A stretch of 64,000 nucleotides of DNA from Spirochaetia bacterium (GTDB taxonomy: Bacteria; Spirochaetota; Spirochaetia; UBA9216). The DNA lies in NCBI GenBank assembly GCA_965140585.1, contig OZ223264.1, positions 1 to 64,000 on the forward strand, read 5' to 3'. Under the pieces are notes generated by a model. It ran no database searches and was not told the origin of the DNA. It was given only the letters and a program-made list of their open reading frames with translations. Below, piece after piece: positions 58,757 to 64,000 of this stretch; position 1 is the first letter of the stretch; every line of letters begins with the position of its first letter. Made by a program: the position numbers and the translations under genes.

Positions 58757-60079
58757 ATGTCTGAATATCTCGAATATCTGCCAGAATTGAAAAGCACTAC
58801 ACTCTTTCAGGGAATAGGCGACTCTGAATTAATAGCTCTTCTTGATGCAATGAGACCCGAAATTGTCTGCAGGAAGGCCGGCACAGAAGGTGTACCGCAG
58901 ATAGACTTTGATGAAGGTCTATTCTGTGTTGTGCTCAGGGGGAAGCCTCTTGACAAGCTTGCCCCCCGGCCTGATGTTTACAACATGCCTAAAATAACAG
59001 AACCGGGAATGATGATGGGAGAAATTCCCTGTCTGTCTGAAATGCTGAAAAGTCGGGCTCCAAAAATCAGATTCAGAGGCGGCGGGCATGCAGGGCCCGG
59101 ACATGATGACTTTGATCTTTATATGCTTCGAATGAGCGGAGAGATGATTACTCGCTTTCACGGCATAGAGCATAGTGGTGCACAGGGACGGATGCTGCGG
59201 AATTTTCTCGGTATTCTGGCCCAGAAGGTAACTGATGTCCGAAAAGAGAAAGCTCAGCTGAGTTATGATTATAATAAGGCGCTTTCTCCATACCGACTGA
59301 ATATTCTCTGTGCCGGGGTTTCGCTCAAGCTGGTAAAGCAAACAGCTGATATATGGAATAAAATGCATCCTGAGCTTCCGGCGGTTGTTACTACGGGCAG
59401 TTCTGTAGACATTATCCGTGACTGTATAAGCGGTTATCCCTGCGACCTTCTTGTTTCTGCAGATGATTCCATTATTGAATCGATGCTGATGCCTGATTAT
59501 GTTTCGGGTTACCGAATCTGGGGCGGGAATAAAATGGTCATCTGCGGCGAGGGAATTTCTCCTGACAACTGGATTGACAGGCTTCTGGCTTCCGGGGCTT
59601 CATTTAAGCATAAGGACCCTTACGGAGATCCCGGCGGGTACAGGGCTGTTATGGCTATGCTGCTTGCCGATAAAGTTGAACCTGGACTCTCGGGCAGGTT
59701 GATGAATCATCCCGGCCATATCGGCATGGAGAAAAATCCCGGTCCATTTGGAAATATGAAGCCTGCGGATTATTCGTTTACCTATCTTAGTGCAGCTGTT
59801 TCGATGGGAGTCGACTATACTGAACTGCCCGCAGTTATGGATCTTTCTGATCCTGATCTGGCTTCAGAGTATGCCGAAGTAAGTTTTGCTGTTGATAAAG
59901 ATAATACCGTTACAGCAACACCAATTGCCCACGCATTAGCCATTCCGAAAACTTCACTGCATCTTTCTTCCGCTGCGGAATTTGCTGAACTCTTTCTTAA
60001 TATCGATAAATCTAAACACGGTTTTCTGCTTCGTGAGGGAACAGCCGGAACCGATCCTCTGACATTAAAAAACAGATAA
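58757..60079 (+). CDS. Fusion of Crp-like cNMP/dimerisation domain and WtpA/ModA-like oxyanion-binding domain; no signal peptide, no HTH
   Basis: N-terminus LFQGI..SEL..LL and C-helix MLRNFLGILAQKV (Crp-like); C-terminus GSS..IIR..CDLLVSAD..I..MLMPDY, N.MV and DPYGDPGGYRA (WtpA-like). Confidence 0.7.
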   Translation: MSEYLEYLPELKSTTLFQGIGDSELIALLDAMRPEIVCRKAGTEGVPQIDFDEGLFCVVLRGKPLDKLAPRPDVYNMPKITEPGMMMGEIPCLSEMLKSRAPKIRFRGGGHAGPGHDDFDLYMLRMSGEMITRFHGIEHSGAQGRMLRNFLGILAQKVTDVRKEKAQLSYDYNKALSPYRLNILCAGVSLKLVKQTADIWNKMHPELPAVVTTGSSVDIIRDCISGYPCDLLVSADDSIIESMLMPDYVSGYRIWGGNKMVICGEGISPDNWIDRLLASGASFKHKDPYGDPGGYRAVMAMLLADKVEPGLSGRLMNHPGHIGMEKNPGPFGNMKPADYSFTYLSAAVSMGVDYTELPAVMDLSDPDLASEYAEVSFAVDKDNTVTATPIAHALAIPKTSLHLSSAAEFAELFLNIDKSKHGFLLREGTAGTDPLTLKNR

Positions 60080-60118
60080 TGTACTTAAAAAAAGTACTGA
60101 TTATAAAAGGAGAAACTA

Positions 60119-61210
60119 ATGAATAACTTGAAAAAAATTGTTTTAGCGATTCTTGTCGGTATATGCATTGCAGCATCTCTTCCGGCGGACGACAGAGTTG
60201 TAAACGTCACTGACATGAGCGGTGACTCGGTTACTGTGAAAGGAGAGGTTCGTAAGATAATTAATCTTTGGCCTGCCGGAACTTCTTCATTCTTTGTTAT
60301 GGGGGCCGGTGATCTGATTGTCGGGCTTGCTGTAAACAGCCCGGCTACTATGAACTCCTGGACAAGGCTCTTCTACCCTGAATGTCAGAGTATTCCGGCT
60401 TTGGGCGGTATTACACCTTCTATAGAGGAGCTGATAAAACTTGATCCGGACCTTGTCATCATTCATCCTTCAAGTGCAAAGGCTGGGTTTGCACAGCAGA
60501 TTCGAGATGTCGGTATTCCTGCAATCAATATTAATTTCAGTGATTATAAAACAATGGTTAAGGCATATTCAGTACTTGGGGAAGTTCTTGGAGGCAAATA
60601 TCAGCAGCGGTTGAGCAAATGGTGTTCTGCAGTAGAATCAAAGCTTTCAAATGTAAGATCTCTTACCGCAGGACTTACAGACTCAGAACGTCCTGTAGTT
60701 TACTATGTTGCCGGCCAGACAGATTCATTGACAAAAACAATGCGTTCAGGCAGTATAATTAATGACTGGGTTGAGTCTGCCGGAGGAGTATATGCTTTTG
60801 ACAGGATGGATGTTCCAGGTTCTGATGTTACTCCTGAGGCTGTATTCGCGCTTAATCCTGATGTTATAATTTGCGGCGGTGTATATCAGCATATAGAAAA
60901 AGAACAGATTTCTGTATCTGAAGGCTGGAATGATCTTCGGGCTGCTGTTGATAAACGTGTATATACTAACCCTTACGGCTGTTTCAACTGGGATCGCTTC
61001 GGTCTGGAAAGTCAGCTTCAGATTAACTATGCCCTCTTAAGGATTCAACCAAAAATAGCTGCTGCTAACGGTATATCTGAAGAGTCAGTAATTGAAGAAA
61101 TTATTGATTTTTACAGTACATATACAGGATTTAATCTGAGCCGTGCACAGGCCGAAAATATGTTTAATGGTTTGACCGCTGACGGGTCACCGGAAATGTC
61201 AGCAAGGTAA
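60119..61210 (+). CDS. Class III (FecB/BtuF/MolA-like) ABC substrate-binding protein
   Basis: Signal peptide; VTDMSG..V, SIEELIKLDPDLVI, NPDVII, AV..RVY..P and WDR motifs. Confidence 0.88.
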   Translation: MNNLKKIVLAILVGICIAASLPADDRVVNVTDMSGDSVTVKGEVRKIINLWPAGTSSFFVMGAGDLIVGLAVNSPATMNSWTRLFYPECQSIPALGGITPSIEELIKLDPDLVIIHPSSAKAGFAQQIRDVGIPAININFSDYKTMVKAYSVLGEVLGGKYQQRLSKWCSAVESKLSNVRSLTAGLTDSERPVVYYVAGQTDSLTKTMRSGSIINDWVESAGGVYAFDRMDVPGSDVTPEAVFALNPDVIICGGVYQHIEKEQISVSEGWNDLRAAVDKRVYTNPYGCFNWDRFGLESQLQINYALLRIQPKIAAANGISEESVIEEIIDFYSTYTGFNLSRAQAENMFNGLTADGSPEMSAR

Positions 61211-61217
61211 GACTGCT

Positions 61218-62282
61218 TTGACAGATTTAAATTCTGAAAATAAAACTGATCACTCCGCTGCGGGCAGGGTGATCAGTTTCCCTTTTTCATGGATTTTTAT
61301 ACTTTCTCTTCTTGTCCTTTTTATGATGTTTACATTTTCCCTGGCTGTCGGTCGCTACAGTATTCCGGTTGATTATACTCTGCGTATTCTTTTTTCAAAG
61401 ATAATTGATGTAAACAGGATATGGACAGATATTCAGGAGGCGGTTGTTCTTAATCTTAGACTTCCCAGAACTGTTGCCGCCGTAGTAATCGGTGCGGCTT
61501 TATCACTCTCCGGTGCAGCCTACCAGAGTATTTTTAAAAACCCCATGGTATCACCCGATCTCCTGGGAGTTTCTTCCGGTGCCTGTGTGGGAGCTGCACT
61601 TGCAATTCTGTTAAATGCCGGGAATGCAGTTATTCAGCTCAGTGCCTTTACAGGGGGCTTAATTGCTGTAGGAATTACAGTTTCTATTCCAGCACTTATC
61701 CGGAGCAATTCAACCACGGTTCTAGTTCTCTCCGGTATTGTTATCAGCAGTCTAATGTCTTCAATTATGAGTATAATAAAATTTGTAGCTGATACAGATA
61801 CCCAGCTTGCAGAGATAACCTACTGGCTGATGGGCTCTTTTGCTTCTATAAAATTTAAACAGATGCTGCCTGTTCTTCCAACTATTATTATCCCTGCATC
61901 GGTCGTGCTGCTGATGCGGTACAGGCTGAATATTCTTTCTCTAGGTGATAAGGAAGCGAAATCTCTTGGTGTAAATCTTGGTATTACAAGGGGAATCTTC
62001 ATCCTGTGTTCAACTCTTTTAACGGCCGGCTGCGTTTGCTTATCGGGGACTATTGGCTGGGTCGGTCTCGTGATACCTCACACAGCAAGAATGATCATCG
62101 GATCGGATAACAAGAAAATGCTGCCTGTAGCAATGACCTGCGGAGCTGTTTTCATGCTGGTAATTGATATTCTCTGCAGAACAATTACTTCGGCCGAATT
62201 AAGGCTTGGAATTTTAACAGGAATAATCGGTGCTCCGTTTTTTATCTTTATTTTGTTTAAGCAGAAGGACCAGGTAAAATGA
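61218..62282 (+). CDS. FecCD/BtuC/MolB-type ABC permease
   Basis: LRLPR, FKNPMVSPDLLGVSSGA, WLMGS, IGWVGLVIPH and IIGAPFF motifs. Confidence 0.93.
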   Translation: MTDLNSENKTDHSAAGRVISFPFSWIFILSLLVLFMMFTFSLAVGRYSIPVDYTLRILFSKIIDVNRIWTDIQEAVVLNLRLPRTVAAVVIGAALSLSGAAYQSIFKNPMVSPDLLGVSSGACVGAALAILLNAGNAVIQLSAFTGGLIAVGITVSIPALIRSNSTTVLVLSGIVISSLMSSIMSIIKFVADTDTQLAEITYWLMGSFASIKFKQMLPVLPTIIIPASVVLLMRYRLNILSLGDKEAKSLGVNLGITRGIFILCSTLLTAGCVCLSGTIGWVGLVIPHTARMIIGSDNKKMLPVAMTCGAVFMLVIDILCRTITSAELRLGILTGIIGAPFFIFILFKQKDQVK

Positions 62283-63049
62283 TTCTTGAAGTAGATGATC
62301 TAAGTTACCGCTATCATAACAGCAGTAATGTTTTTAATGGTGTAAGTTTCTCACTTGATAAGGGCGAGGTCCTTTCGATCCTCGGAGTGAATGGTGCAGG
62401 GAAATCAACCCTGCTGAATTGTATAGGAAACCTTTTTAGACCTGCAACGGGAGAAATCAGGTTAAACGGAAAACTTATGTCTTCGATGCATACAAGAGAT
62501 ATAGCCCGTGTTATTGGTTATGTTCCGCAGAGCCATACTGCGGTATATGGATACAGCGTTAGAGAGTACGTTGTTATGGGAAGGACTCCGTTCATAGGTG
62601 CTTTTGCTGTTCCGGGAAGAGATGATTACAGGATTGCGGATGAAGCGCTTGAAAAAATGGAAATTAAACATTTGGGAAAAAAACTGTATACAGAAATATC
62701 CGGAGGTGAAAGGCAGCAGGTTATGATTGCAAAAATTTTCGCTCAGCAGCCTCAGCTTATTCTTCTTGATGAGCCTACAGCCCACCTGGATTACGGAAAC
62801 CAGCACCGTGTTGTCGAAATGATCCGTAATCTTGCCGGAGAAGGATATGCGATGATAATGACCACTCACAATCCGGAGCATGCGTTTATTCTTGATGGGA
62901 AGGTAGCTATTCTGAACAGGTCCGGTGTTCTGTGTGTTGGTGATTCCGGAGAGACCCTTACCACCGAAATTCTTTCAAGCCTTTATTCGCTGCCGATAAA
63001 AACCAAATATGATGAAGATGCAAAAAGAAATATCTGTGTAGTCTGCTAA
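62279..63049 (+). CDS. ABC transporter ATP-binding protein (FecE/MolC-type)
   Basis: GVNGAGKST, ISGGERQ, LLDEPT and TTH motifs. Confidence 0.95.
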   Translation: MILEVDDLSYRYHNSSNVFNGVSFSLDKGEVLSILGVNGAGKSTLLNCIGNLFRPATGEIRLNGKLMSSMHTRDIARVIGYVPQSHTAVYGYSVREYVVMGRTPFIGAFAVPGRDDYRIADEALEKMEIKHLGKKLYTEISGGERQQVMIAKIFAQQPQLILLDEPTAHLDYGNQHRVVEMIRNLAGEGYAMIMTTHNPEHAFILDGKVAILNRSGVLCVGDSGETLTTEILSSLYSLPIKTKYDEDAKRNICVVC

Positions 63050-63114
63050 ACGCAATACTCTTCTATTATTATAATCCCCTTGAAGCATCAGGTTGTAATT
63101 GTTAATCTTATTCA

Positions 63115-64000
63115 ATGCCTTTTAGAGAAGTTATTATTTTTAATGTTCCTATAGTATACATTTATCCGCTGCTGATTCTGATAATATTCAGCACAGTCCT
63201 TTTTATTGTTCTTAAGAATCTCAAGAAAGCGACGGTTCGTAGAGAAGAGCGTTTTATAAAAAAGGAACATGATAAAGCATTCTCAAAGCCGACTAAAACC
63301 ATGCGGAGAAGCAACGCAAAGAAGCGGAAGTCGGGGCTTGAAAGTATTGAAAAGCAATTTACAATAACAAGAAAAATACTTATACCCTTTATTCTGCTCC
63401 TTGCTCTTATCGTTGCAGTGGTGCCATTTCTTAATCAGGTTCCTGCGGCTATTTTTTCTATGTTCATTGCGGGTTTTTCGCTGATTCTCGGTATTGCAGT
63501 TAAACCTCTGCTGGAAAATGTTTTTGCCGGACTTGTTATCTCTTATTCGAAATCTCTTAATATTGGCGACACTGTAGTTGTTGATGATAAGTACGGTACT
63601 GTTGAAGATATAACCATGTCTTATACAACAATAAAAACCTGGGACTGGAAGCGCTATGTACTTCCTAATTCAAAAATGATTCAGCAGGAATTTTTAAACC
63701 TGACTCTTGTTGAAAAATATCAGTGGGCATATGTAGAGTTTTATGTGGCATATGATACTGATATTGAGAAGGTTAAAGAGATCGCTCTGAAATGTGCTTC
63801 AGAGAATAAACATACTGTTGTTGATAATGTCCCCTATTTCTGGGTTATGGATATGAAGGAAGAAAGCTATGTCTGCTGGATCGCCTCCTGGACTGAAGAT
63901 CCTGCGACTGCATGGTCATTTAAAAACGATATCAGAACTGATATGATCATTGAATTTCAGAAAGCCGGTATTAAATCCTACTCAATTAAATATTTCATGA
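63115..64000 (+). CDS. Small-conductance mechanosensitive channel (MscS family), runs off window end
   Basis: Not in the ORF track; open frame from ATG 63115 encodes LENVFAGLVI...NIGDTVVVDDKYGTVEDITMSYTTIKTWDWKRYVLPNS. Confidence 0.85.
   Translation, partial: MPFREVIIFNVPIVYIYPLLILIIFSTVLFIVLKNLKKATVRREERFIKKEHDKAFSKPTKTMRRSNAKKRKSGLESIEKQFTITRKILIPFILLLALIVAVVPFLNQVPAAIFSMFIAGFSLILGIAVKPLLENVFAGLVISYSKSLNIGDTVVVDDKYGTVEDITMSYTTIKTWDWKRYVLPNSKMIQQEFLNLTLVEKYQWAYVEFYVAYDTDIEKVKEIALKCASENKHTVVDNVPYFWVMDMKEESYVCWIASWTEDPATAWSFKNDIRTDMIIEFQKAGIKSYSIKYFM

Noticed and set aside
1-64000. tRNA, rRNA, IS, integrase or prophage genes
   Set aside because: None recognised in the ORFs or intergenic regions

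Overview
Bacterial chromosomal window of about 55 genes, moderately AT-rich. It is most consistent with an anaerobic free-living spirochaete: it has a 'FAGGQKEE' binding-protein N-terminus, chemoreceptors and ExbBD-TonB (taxon is inference). No rRNA, tRNA, CRISPR or transposase was seen. Recognisable blocks: a NiCo(czcD)-riboswitch-controlled CDF exporter; a chemoreceptor with two periplasmic CZB domains; a cytoplasmic OYE/FMN-bind/FAD reductase fusion with its own signal-less ApbE; PPi-dependent PEP carboxykinase; an UrdA-like flavinylated lipoprotein; a large peptidoglycan-recycling cluster (ABC, anmK, murQ, AmiE-like hydrolase, murR, nagZ, Ala-Glu epimerase, nagAB); and two diguanylate cyclases. 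The strongest candidate for a new system is a dispersed tungsten module. It comprises a P3-less Moco-class (Wco/Tuco-type) RNA motif, an apparently cytoplasmic Crp-like/WtpA-like fusion protein and a type II ABC importer (58.5-63 kb), plus a TetR-controlled DUF362-AOR-ferredoxin-MoaD operon (41-45.6 kb) and a W-oxidoreductase-type radical SAM maturase (12.9-14.1 kb). Also notable: five consecutive hairpins in one intergenic region, several internally collapsed pseudogenes and many apparently leaderless genes. All family calls come from motif recognition by eye, not from database searches.
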